Shown here piece by piece: positions 31,560 to 39,987 of a DNA stretch of 64,000 nucleotides. Within the stretch, counting starts at the first letter, position 1. Every line of letters begins with the position of its first letter. The notes beneath the pieces are model-generated. The model was not told where the DNA came from, searched no databases, and worked only from the letters and a program-made list of their open reading frames with translations. Origin of the DNA: Bryobacteraceae bacterium (GTDB lineage: Bacteria; Acidobacteriota; Terriglobia; Bryobacterales; Bryobacteraceae); the NCBI GenBank assembly GCA_049587755.1, contig JBAVEN010000082.1, forward strand, positions 9,804-73,803. The letters are read 5' to 3'. A program made the translations under genes and the position numbers.

Positions 31560-31670
31560 GGCCGCGGGGCGTGATCGCTGGAGCCCACCTGAAAGCTCGG
31601 AAACTCGGGGTACATCGTTTACTCAGTGGCGCATTGAGTGTATACTGATACAACCTCGGAGGTAACCCGC

Positions 31671-32942
31671 GTGAATATCAGTAACTGGGAACACAAAGAC
31701 CGTCTGAAGGCAGCGTGGGACAAGCTCCCCGATGACAGGAAGGCCGCTATTCAACCATTGATCGACGCGGCGCACGAGCAACTGCGGACTTACCAGGCCA
31801 CAGGAAAGGTACCGCCGCCCGACCCCGCCGCTCCCCACCATCTCATACTGGCAAAGGGAGCACTTACCGACGATGCGGACGGTACCATCGCGGCCTTACC
31901 CGAATTGGAACCCGGAGCCATTGAGATTGCCGTGGACGCCGGGGGCGCAATCTGGGGCACTGGTGATTATCAGCAGCTCGATCCTGGTTGGTTAGGGGCG
32001 GCTGCTGCCTGGTTCGAGCACCTCATCCTGGGTAAGTACCCTTTTCCCAATGGAACCCCACCGGTGGGGATCGTCTCCGACAAGTTCACCATGGCCATCG
32101 CCGGAGACTTTGGAACCGGAGACTGGGGCACAGCGGCCAATCCGGCCCCTAGCACGAAGATACGTCGGGCAATTCCCGGACTCGCTCCGGACCTCACCAT
32201 CCACTTAGGCGATGTCTACTATGAAGGGTCCTCCGACGAGGAGATAGGCAACTTTGTGGACGTGTGGCCGCAAGGGCCCGCAACGGCTGCCAGCTATACG
32301 TTGAACTCCAACCACGAAATGTATTCCGGGGCGAAGCCCTATTTCGTCGAAGCGCTGAACAGTCCGCTCTTCGCGGCGCAAAGGCCGTACAGCTTCTTCG
32401 CGCTGGAAAACGCCAATTGGGTGATAGTGGGACTCGATTCGGCTTACTATTCGGACGAACTCACGCTCTATATGAACGGTTCGTTGGGCAAGAGCGCTCA
32501 AGTCGACTTCCTCAAAGCTCAGGCGCAAAAGGGCAAAAAGGTGATTCTGTTTACACACCACAACGGCCTGTCGGAGGACGGCTCCACGCCCACCGGCCTG
32601 TGGAACGAAGTGATGAGCTGTTTCCCCGCGGGCTCCGGACCTGCCTACTGGTATTGGGGGCACGTTCATGCGGGCGCGGTTTATCAGCCCCGCAACGGCG
32701 TCCAGTGCCGGTGCAGCGGCCATTCAGCGCTGCCGTGGGGATATGCTTCCGAGCTCGCCAATCCGAACGTTGCCTGGTTCGAAAAACGCAACGCCGGCGA
32801 CCCGAATGACACCCTGAGAGTCTACAACGGATTTACTTTTCTCCAACTGACCGGCACTGGTCTGACCGAGACCTTCTACGACGAGAATGGCCGCGTTGCG
32901 TGGCCTGCGAATCAGACCGCGCCAGCCGCCGCTGCAGGATAA
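31671..32942 (+). CDS. calcineurin-like metallophosphoesterase
   Basis: AIAGDFGTGDWG, IHLGDVYYEG, NHEMYSG, FTHHNG and WGHVHAG motifs. GTG 31671 lies 8 nt after GGAGG (31658-31662). Confidence 0.75.
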   Translation: MNISNWEHKDRLKAAWDKLPDDRKAAIQPLIDAAHEQLRTYQATGKVPPPDPAAPHHLILAKGALTDDADGTIAALPELEPGAIEIAVDAGGAIWGTGDYQQLDPGWLGAAAAWFEHLILGKYPFPNGTPPVGIVSDKFTMAIAGDFGTGDWGTAANPAPSTKIRRAIPGLAPDLTIHLGDVYYEGSSDEEIGNFVDVWPQGPATAASYTLNSNHEMYSGAKPYFVEALNSPLFAAQRPYSFFALENANWVIVGLDSAYYSDELTLYMNGSLGKSAQVDFLKAQAQKGKKVILFTHHNGLSEDGSTPTGLWNEVMSCFPAGSGPAYWYWGHVHAGAVYQPRNGVQCRCSGHSALPWGYASELANPNVAWFEKRNAGDPNDTLRVYNGFTFLQLTGTGLTETFYDENGRVAWPANQTAPAAAAG

Positions 32943-33075
32943 GCAGAGAGCTCGACCATTTTGGGGAGGCTTTGGAGCCGACCACCCAGACCTCCTGCGT
33001 TCCCGCCGTACTCAGATGCCGCCCGCTGCTCTCGCTGCTTGCGGCCGGCTCTCCGGAAGGTGCATCATCAGATTC

Positions 33076-34902
33076 ATGCATGCCAGACTTGTCGCGCGAT
33101 TCGCTTGTTTCCTCGTTCCTGTTCTTCTCTTCGCCCAGCCGCCGAAGAAGAAGATCACGCGGGCGGCAGACGTCCCGGTATTCCACTACTCCATCAACGG
33201 GAAGGTCGAGGACCTCGTCCGCTCCGAACAGGCCTTCCGCCCGTTCGCAGCCCAGGTCAGGACCAATGTGGAGTCCGTGCTGCGCGATTACGAGATCGAC
33301 GACGCAGCCACCAAGCGCGGCCTGCTCGGAACGCTGGTTGCCCTGGATGTTCTCGAAGGCCACGACGACGCGGCCCGCCGGGGGCTGGACGAGATCAAAG
33401 CCCTCGAAGAAAAACCCGCGGCCAAGGCCTTGAGCGGTTTGATCACCCGCTCCATCCTCGATGCGCGGCGCGAATCCGGCGACCGCAATTCGCTCGCCTA
33501 CCGCAAGGCCGTCTACGCCGCGGTCATGCGCGCTCTCGACCCCCTGCCCTTCGATGTCGTGCAGAACGATTTGAAGTCCACCAAGGCCTATATCGAGATC
33601 GCCTCGGAATCAATTCTGATTGGCCAGATCCAAGCGAGTTTTGACCCCGTGGTGGAAAAGACCGGCGGGCTCAGTTCCGACCTGGCGCACGACCTGCCCG
33701 GCATTCGCATGTACCTGGTGGAGAGAATCCCGCTGAAGGACACTCTGAATGAGGCACTGGGCGCGTACCTCTCCGCGCACGCCAAGGAGAAGCAAGACAT
33801 CTGGACCGCGCGCGACGTCACGTTGGAGCCGGGCAAGAACTATCAACCCGTCAACGTGGCCGTGTGGGACACCGGGGTTGACCTGGCGATCTTCCGGGAT
33901 CGCGTGCTAAAAGACTCCATAGGCCAACCGGCCGTCCTGGCCTACGACATCGAGAGCCGCAAGACCACTGGCAATCTGTACCCCCTAAACGCCGCACAAT
34001 TGGAGCGCTACCCGCAAGCCAAGCAGGAATTGAAGGGGCTTTCCGACCTGCAAGCCAACGTGGAAAGTCCCGAATCCACCGAGCTGAAGCAGGCCCTGGC
34101 CAAGCTCAAGCCGGATCAGGTAAAGCCCTTCATTGAAGAACTCTCATTATTCAGCATCTACGCGCACGGCACCCACGTGGCGGGCATCCTCACGGCCGGC
34201 AATCCCTACGCGCGCCTCGTGGCCGGCCGCATTACCTTCGACTGGAAGATGATTCCCGACCCATGCCCTTCGCGTGCGCTAACCGACCGCGGAGCCGCTG
34301 CCGATCATGACTACGTGGACTTCTTCAAGAGGAACAAGGTAAGGGTCGTGAACATGAGTTGGGGCGGTTCGGTCAAAGATTACGAAGATGACATGGAGAA
34401 GTGCGCCATCGGCAAGGACGTTGAGGAGCGGAAAAAGATCGCCCGTGAGTGGTTCGAGGTCGAGAAGGGCGCACTGGAAAAAGCCATGCTCTCCGCGCCG
34501 GATATCCTCTTCGTGGCTGCAGCCGGCAACAGCAATGGCGATTCGAGCTTTGAGGAAGCCATCCCGGCCGGCCTGAAGGTCCCGAACCTGCTCACCGTAG
34601 GAGCGGTCGATAAGGCCGGCGACGAGGCCTCATTCACCAGCTACGGTCCGACCGTGGTGGCGGACGCCAACGGCTACGAGGTGGAGAGCTACATCCCCGG
34701 CGGCGACCGCCTCAAAATGTCGGGCACCTCGATGGCCTCGCCCAACGTGGCCAATCTGGCGGCCAAGATCCTGGTCGTGAATCCGAAGCTTACTCCGCCG
34801 CAGGTAATCGACATTATCCGCCAGACCGCCGAGAAAACGGCCGACGGCCGCCGCAACCTGATCGACCCGAAGAAGGCCATCGCCGCGGCCCAGGCCATGT
34901 GA
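33076..34902 (+). CDS. secreted S8 (subtilisin-like) serine peptidase
   Basis: Signal peptide MHARLVARFACFLVPVLLFAQ. Catalytic triad contexts VAVWDTGVD, HGTHVAGIL and SGTSMASPNVANLAAK. Confidence 0.85.
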   Translation: MHARLVARFACFLVPVLLFAQPPKKKITRAADVPVFHYSINGKVEDLVRSEQAFRPFAAQVRTNVESVLRDYEIDDAATKRGLLGTLVALDVLEGHDDAARRGLDEIKALEEKPAAKALSGLITRSILDARRESGDRNSLAYRKAVYAAVMRALDPLPFDVVQNDLKSTKAYIEIASESILIGQIQASFDPVVEKTGGLSSDLAHDLPGIRMYLVERIPLKDTLNEALGAYLSAHAKEKQDIWTARDVTLEPGKNYQPVNVAVWDTGVDLAIFRDRVLKDSIGQPAVLAYDIESRKTTGNLYPLNAAQLERYPQAKQELKGLSDLQANVESPESTELKQALAKLKPDQVKPFIEELSLFSIYAHGTHVAGILTAGNPYARLVAGRITFDWKMIPDPCPSRALTDRGAAADHDYVDFFKRNKVRVVNMSWGGSVKDYEDDMEKCAIGKDVEERKKIAREWFEVEKGALEKAMLSAPDILFVAAAGNSNGDSSFEEAIPAGLKVPNLLTVGAVDKAGDEASFTSYGPTVVADANGYEVESYIPGGDRLKMSGTSMASPNVANLAAKILVVNPKLTPPQVIDIIRQTAEKTADGRRNLIDPKKAIAAAQAM

Positions 34903-34920
34903 CGCCGTGGCGTCTCTTCT
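34901..34920 (+). terminator. candidate intrinsic terminator after the S8 peptidase gene
   Basis: GACGC-CGTG-GCGTC hairpin (34901-34914) followed by TCTTCT. It overlaps the TGA stop. Confidence 0.4.
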
Positions 34921-34969
34921 GCAGGGTCACGTTTCGCTTGCGGTGACAAACCGACCTACGTCGGAATCG

Positions 34970-35075
34970 CTATTCCGACTCCGACACTGTCAGCCTCTCC
35001 GCCAGCCTTATCTTCCCTCTTAACTCGATCGTCGCTGAGCTTCGTCCTACAAGAACCTCGAACTCGCCAGGATCC
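34970..35075 (-). pseudogene. orphan copy of the last ~35 codons and stop of the GH3 gene
   Basis: Aligns with 39988-40093. The core TCTTCCCT.T.A.CTCGATCGTCGCTGAGCTTCGTCCTACAAGAAC.TCGAACTCGCC.GGATC has about 5 mismatches in 63 nt. It encodes DPGEFEVLVGRSSATIELRGKIRLAERLTVSESE*, versus DPGEFDVLVGRSSATIELKGKIHLGAPLTVAAAE* in the real gene. No upstream gene body is present. Confidence 0.75.
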
Positions 35076-35243
35076 CCCGGCGGCCCGCCTCTGCCCGCCA
35101 GCTACCGCTACATCGCTGGCGCCCCGTTCGACTGGCGGAGGACATTGTATCGGGCGATTCGCGACCCCAATCAAATGCAGAACATCATGGACGACATGAT
35201 GAAACAGTGCGACGAGATGCAAAAGCAGCAGACGAAAAAGTAG
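35072..35243 (+). pseudogene. orphan copy of the last ~56 codons and stop of the GT39-like gene
   Basis: Aligns with about 31390-31559 at roughly 80% identity. It encodes PPGGPPLPASYRYIAGAPFDWRRTLYRAIRDPNQMQNIMDDMMKQCDEMQKQQTKK*, versus GSPGGPPLPANYRYIGGAPFDWRGIFYRAIRDPQQMQAIMDDMMKTFAEMQKNQKKK* in the real gene. It abuts the GH3 fragment directly. Confidence 0.75.
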
Positions 35244-35350
35244 CGGCGCCGAGTTTTAGCGGATCAGTGGCGGATATGTCCCGTCTGTCCCTTCGCCCTC
35301 TGTCCCTTCGCCCTCCTGTAGTGGGCATCCAACAATCGCGGGCCGCGGCC

Positions 35351-38300
35351 CTAGTTGAGTCTGCCAAGGTATTTATCCAGCCACGCCAACACTTCCCTCG
35401 ACAATGCGTCCTTCTGCTGGCTAACGCCGTGCGGCGTATCGAAGACCACATGGCGCTTTTCCGCGTTCGGTGTCCCGATCATCCGAAACATCGGCTCTTG
35501 CGCCCGGTCGGGCGAAAAGGTAAAGTCGAACCGGCCATTGACCATCAGCACGGGCTTGGTCAAACGAGGGGCGAAATTCACCTGGTCATCTGCCGGCAGA
35601 GGGGGCGTCAGGAAGAAGCCTCCATCGAGGAAGACGATGGCTTTGAAGCGCGGTTCCAATGCCGCAAAAATGACGCCGTAGGCGGCGCCCCAGCTTGCTC
35701 CCAAATACGCGATTCTGGTCTTGTCGATCTCCGGGCGGGTTTCGAGAAAGTCGATTGTTCGCCCTATTTCCTTGGAGTGCTGGATAACTTGATTCAGGTC
35801 CCCGATGGCTCCGGGCGCAACGAATGTGCCCGAGTGTTCGTAGGTCCCCGTGTAAATCGGGTAGACCAGTGCACGGCCACTCTTGATGACGTAGTCGACG
35901 TCTTCCATGTCGCCAAGATCCTGGCTGCTGGGCATACTGATCACGCCGGCGCTCGGAAAGAAAAGCACGGTTTGATACGGCGGACGGACGTTCCTCGGGA
36001 GAAAGAGGTAGAGCGGGAGGCGTTCGTCCTCGTGTCCCGCATCGATCGTGATTTTCTCCTTGGTCCAATCGGCTGTGTTCTCCGCGACGCCTTCCGATTT
36101 CGCGTTCAGCGGCGCATGGTCGTAGGCGTACATGACCCGGTAAGCCTGAAACACTTCGTCCGGGACGGGTCTTGCCTTGGTGAAGTCCCTCACCTGCCGG
36201 ACCAGGGGTGCAGCAACCGCGGCCGGGATTGGTCCTAGATTCCGCACACAGCGGAAGCCGTTCAAAGCCGAGCGGTCGAACGGCGGCAGGGCTTCCGGAT
36301 CGTATGCCAGATAGGTCTGCGTTCGCCAAGCCCCGCCTAAGATGAAGCGGCGGTCCCCATCGACGGCGTTCCAGCTCCATTCCCTGACATTTCCGCTCAT
36401 GTCATAGGTGCCATAGGGACCGACGCCGGGAAATGTCCCAACCGGGACCGGCCCCCGGCCATTAAAGTTGCTTTGATTGATGCGATAAACGACGAAGTCG
36501 GAGGGCGCGGCCTTATACCACTGCAGGATGACGGGCAGGCTCTTGCCGGCAAAGGCCGCATAAGCAGCGGCCTCATACCAGCTCACGCCTGACACGGGGC
36601 AGTCGGCTTGGGTCGGTGGGAAATGGCCGCCCTCCCAGGTGGAGGGCCCCGGACGGCCTGTGGGATCGCGAAACAAGTCCATGGCCTGCCGCCAGGTCAG
36701 TTCCTTGCCGCCGTTGATGAACTTTTCCTTCCAGTACTCAGATTTTCGATAACCGCCCTGATCCACGAACTCCTGATATTGGCGGTTGGTCACTTCAAAC
36801 CGATCGATGTCAAACGGCGGAAGCTCGTGCTCCAGCCATCCGAGGAAATCAATCATCTCCCCGGAGTCGCCGCCCGGCACGGGAACCATGCCGACAGGTG
36901 TTCCCTCAGCGGGCAACGCGAACCGCATGTTGTCCTTTGTCTCCGGCGCTGCGACGAATTCCGGTGCGCCCGGTCGGGAGACCCTCCAACGAAAGTATCC
37001 GTTGGGGATACGCACCCTCGTGAGGGGAGTCGCGCCCAAAGAAAACCAGGCGCCCGGCGTGACATAATCCTGAATCTCCACCTTCGATCCGGCGGGCACC
37101 GACTGGGCGGAAATGAGGCGGGTCGAGGACTGCGCAAGTTGCGCGAGCGCTGGATCGCCTGGCAGAACCCGCTCTGCCCTGCGCAACAGGAGGAACGCGG
37201 CGAGAGGCTGTTTCGAGACCAGCCGGGAGATCTCCGGGATCGCCTGCTCGCGCACCCAGTGCCGTTGCTCCGAGCGCTGGTAGAACAACACTCCTGCGGC
37301 TGCGAGCAAGAGAAGGATCACCACTGCGGGAATGGCATATATCGGCCGCAGCAGGGAACGCACGCCCTGCAAAGACGGAGCGGCGAGCCGGCCGGCAAGC
37401 GCGGACAACTCCTGGGACACGTCGAACGCGGACTGGCAGCGTTTGGACGGGTCTTTTTCCAGGAGTTTCTCCACCAGCCTGTCCAGGCTGGCTGGAATTC
37501 CAGCGCGCTCCTGAGACGGCGCAGGTGTCGCAGCAGGAGAGCCGCTCGAGAGCATCTGTCCCAGCGACGCTCCCGGAAACGGAAGCCTCCCGGCGGCCAT
37601 TTCGTAGAGAACCAAGCCTAGTGAGAACAGGTCCGTGGCACTAGTGGGCTCCCGGCCCTCCACCTGTTCGGGAGCCATATAGGCGGGCGTGCCCATGATC
37701 GCGCGGCTCTCGGTAATGCCAGATTCGGACAGCATCTTGGCGAGCCCAAAATCCAACACTTTTACGCCGTGGCGGGTGAGCATGACGTTGGACGGTTTCA
37801 AGTCGCGATGCACGATTCCGCGCGCATGCGCCTCCGCCAGCGCGCTTGCAATCTGTGCTCCATAGCGCGCCACGACTTCAGTGGCCAGTGGGCCTCTCTT
37901 GATTTCCGCTGCCAGAGTGGAGCCTTCGATGAGCTCCATGACCAGGTAGTTTGGGCCGACGTCGTAGAGCGTGCAAACGTGGGGATGGTTTAGCGTGGAA
38001 ATCGCCCGAGCTTCGAGTTGAAATCGTTCGCTATAGCGTTCGGACGCAATCTTGATGGCAACCACGCGCCCCAATCGCGTATCGACGGCGCGGTAGACGG
38101 TTCCCATGCCTCCGGCACCGATCTGGGCTTCGATCTTATAAGGACCGAGCTGCGCTCCCGCGGAAACGACGGTTCGCGTAGGCTCGGTCAGGAAGCCTTC
38201 GAGCGGCTGGAAAATCTGACTACCGGATTCCACTTCCAGCATTCGTTCCACGCGGGAGCGGATTTCGGGATCTGTACACGCCAGCAGGGCCGCGCGCTCG

Positions 38301-38365
38301 TTGGGATTACGCTGCTGCGCCGCGTGGTATAGATCTTCGATTTGGCGGAATTGCTCCGGTGTCAT
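35351..38365 (-). CDS. Ser/Thr protein kinase fused to a TM helix, an FGE/SUMF1-like domain and an alpha/beta-hydrolase domain
   Basis: Kinase motifs GAGGMGTVYRA, VAIK, HRDLKPSNVML, DFGLA, GTPAYMAPE. TM helix IPAVVILLLLAAAGVLFY. FGE-sulfatase-like YQEFVDQGGYRKSEYW, VSWYEAAAYAAFAGKSLP and YDMSGNVREWS. C-terminal hydrolase with IAYLGASWGAAYG (GxSxG). Confidence 0.85.
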   Translation of the reverse strand: MTPEQFRQIEDLYHAAQQRNPNERAALLACTDPEIRSRVERMLEVESGSQIFQPLEGFLTEPTRTVVSAGAQLGPYKIEAQIGAGGMGTVYRAVDTRLGRVVAIKIASERYSERFQLEARAISTLNHPHVCTLYDVGPNYLVMELIEGSTLAAEIKRGPLATEVVARYGAQIASALAEAHARGIVHRDLKPSNVMLTRHGVKVLDFGLAKMLSESGITESRAIMGTPAYMAPEQVEGREPTSATDLFSLGLVLYEMAAGRLPFPGASLGQMLSSGSPAATPAPSQERAGIPASLDRLVEKLLEKDPSKRCQSAFDVSQELSALAGRLAAPSLQGVRSLLRPIYAIPAVVILLLLAAAGVLFYQRSEQRHWVREQAIPEISRLVSKQPLAAFLLLRRAERVLPGDPALAQLAQSSTRLISAQSVPAGSKVEIQDYVTPGAWFSLGATPLTRVRIPNGYFRWRVSRPGAPEFVAAPETKDNMRFALPAEGTPVGMVPVPGGDSGEMIDFLGWLEHELPPFDIDRFEVTNRQYQEFVDQGGYRKSEYWKEKFINGGKELTWRQAMDLFRDPTGRPGPSTWEGGHFPPTQADCPVSGVSWYEAAAYAAFAGKSLPVILQWYKAAPSDFVVYRINQSNFNGRGPVPVGTFPGVGPYGTYDMSGNVREWSWNAVDGDRRFILGGAWRTQTYLAYDPEALPPFDRSALNGFRCVRNLGPIPAAVAAPLVRQVRDFTKARPVPDEVFQAYRVMYAYDHAPLNAKSEGVAENTADWTKEKITIDAGHEDERLPLYLFLPRNVRPPYQTVLFFPSAGVISMPSSQDLGDMEDVDYVIKSGRALVYPIYTGTYEHSGTFVAPGAIGDLNQVIQHSKEIGRTIDFLETRPEIDKTRIAYLGASWGAAYGVIFAALEPRFKAIVFLDGGFFLTPPLPADDQVNFAPRLTKPVLMVNGRFDFTFSPDRAQEPMFRMIGTPNAEKRHVVFDTPHGVSQQKDALSREVLAWLDKYLGRLN

Positions 38366-38496
38366 ACTCGCCGCGTCGCTCGATGATTCCTACATCCTAC
38401 GCCATTCCCGACCAGCCAGTTGTGAGTGGCCACAGTCGGCAAACACGAAAAAGGGCCAGAGCCTCGCGCTCTGGCCCCGGTTGACTCCGAAGCACA

Positions 38497-38943
38497 TTAC
38501 CGCGTCGGAACGGTCGCAGCGATGGGAATCATCTGTGCGGCTTCCCGCTCTTCGGTAGCGGTCCCGTGCTTAGGTGTGTGCGGCGCATAATAGAGAACCA
38601 CGCCGATATCCGGCAGGCGAATCTCGCGCACCGTGCTGCCGGTCTTGCCGTTGTCGATCACCAACTCGGCTGGGCCGGCCACTGCCGGATCGTGACTCTG
38701 GGGCAGCACCGTGGCCACCACTTTTCCGTTTTCCCTTACTTGCAGCATGTTGCCGGTTCTCAAGCCCTGCAGGTTGAAGGTGTAGTCGCCCGCCTGCAAG
38801 GTCGCTGTACCCCAGCGGACTTCAGACGGGAGGGAGAATTTCCCTTGGAACGATTGTGCGCTCGCAGCTGCGACGCCCAGGCCGAATAACAGAACCCCCA
38901 GCGCCAGGGTGCGGAGCAGCGTGTTGTTTCGATTCGATGTCAT
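38497..38943 (-). CDS. small secreted hypothetical protein
   Basis: ATG 38943 lies 5 nt after AAGGAGG. Signal peptide LLRTLALGVLLFGLGVAAASAQ. Beta-rich mature part with no recognisable family. It sits between the sigma and kinase genes. Confidence 0.6.
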   Translation of the reverse strand: MTSNRNNTLLRTLALGVLLFGLGVAAASAQSFQGKFSLPSEVRWGTATLQAGDYTFNLQGLRTGNMLQVRENGKVVATVLPQSHDPAVAGPAELVIDNGKTGSTVREIRLPDIGVVLYYAPHTPKHGTATEEREAAQMIPIAATVPTR

Positions 38944-39259
38944 GACGAACCTCCTTAATGTTCGTTGTTGGCCAACCCTCAAGTTGCCTTCACCCTGATA
39001 TGCGCAAACCCGTTCCTGAAAGGGTCAACCGCAGCCAAAATAGTTCGGCAGTCAGCCGAGAGATCCGCCGCTATCCGCGCCCGAAGTGATGGAGCAGGCG
39101 CGGACTCCATCCGCCTGGACCGCGAACCCGGCATTACCTGGATGTCAATCCGGCGATCAACGAGTTTGATTCAAGTGCAGTCGAGCAGCAGGGTAGATCG
39201 GTTCGTGGGTAGACGGTTTAACGAAGAGATGCCGCGGCAAGGCATTGGCTAGCGCCGTT

Positions 39260-39823
39260 CTACCGAGACAGCTCGTGCTTTAGCCAAGCGCGGGCTAATT
39301 TCCAGTCGCGCTTGACGCTTTCCGAGGAGATCTTCAGCACCTCGGCGGTTTCCTTCACGCTCAGGCCACCGAAAAAGCGCAGTTCCACCACTTTGACTTT
39401 GCGGGCATCGAATCGCGCCAACGATTCGAGCGCCTCGTCCAGATCCACCAGCCGGCTGTCCAGTTCGGGTAGGGCATCGATGGATTCGTTTAGATCCAGT
39501 CGCACCACTCCTCCTCCGCGCTTGCGGGACCCGCGGGCCCGCGCTGCATCCACCAGGATGCGCCGCATAATCTGGGCAGAGATGGCGAAGAAATGGGCCC
39601 GGTCCTGCCATTGTACGCCGGTGACATCCACCAGACGCAGGAATGCCTCGTTGACCAGGGCAGTCGCTTGCAACGTGTTCCCTGGTTGTTCCCTCCGCAT
39701 GTAGCCCCTGGCCATGCGGCGCAGTTCTCCGTAAACCAGCGGCATCAACTGCTCCAGCGCTGCGCGGTCGCCGCCGCACCAGGCGCGAAGTAAACGCGTG
39801 ACCTGCGCCGTTTGAGAATCCAC
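39260..39823 (-). CDS. ECF sigma factor, TIGR02999 / ECF43-like (Ser/Thr-kinase-associated type)
   Basis: VTRLLRAWCGGDRAALEQLMPLVYGELRRMARGYMRREQPGNTLQATALVNEAFLRL, WQDRAHFFAISAQIMRRILVDAARA, VVELRFFGGLSVKETAEVL and VKRDWKLARAWL. GTG start at 39823. Confidence 0.85.
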   Translation of the reverse strand: MDSQTAQVTRLLRAWCGGDRAALEQLMPLVYGELRRMARGYMRREQPGNTLQATALVNEAFLRLVDVTGVQWQDRAHFFAISAQIMRRILVDAARARGSRKRGGGVVRLDLNESIDALPELDSRLVDLDEALESLARFDARKVKVVELRFFGGLSVKETAEVLKISSESVKRDWKLARAWLKHELSR

Positions 39824-39852
39824 TTATCGGAATTATAGCCCCGGTTTGCAAG

Positions 39853-39946
39853 GCAACGCGGTAAGCAACGCGGTGACAAGCAACGCGGTGACAGACAAGC
39901 AACGCGGTGACGACAAGCAACGCGGTGACAGCAACGCGGTGACAGA
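39853..39946. repeat. irregular array of six direct repeats GCAACGCGGT(G/A)A
   Basis: Copies start at 39853, 39865, 39880, 39899, 39917 and 39931, giving spacings of 12, 15, 19, 18 and 14 nt. The array lies between the GH3 stop (39988) and the sigma start (39823), next to a minus-strand TATAAT at 39832-39837. Confidence 0.85.
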
Positions 39947-39987
39947 CGGGACGTTTCACGAAACCGCGCCAGGACTCTGCGCGATCT

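Noticed and set aside
31390-35243. Diversity-generating retroelement (template/variable repeat pair), suggested by the duplicated GT39 tail
   Set aside because: The mismatches are not adenine-specific (for example G>C, G>T and C>T changes), no reverse transcriptase gene is present, and the second copy has no gene body.
39853-39946. CRISPR array, for this repeat array and for the 21-bp repeat at 42448-42573
   Set aside because: The repeats are only 12-21 nt long with 0-8 nt or no spacers, and one array is in-frame coding sequence. There are no cas genes in the window.
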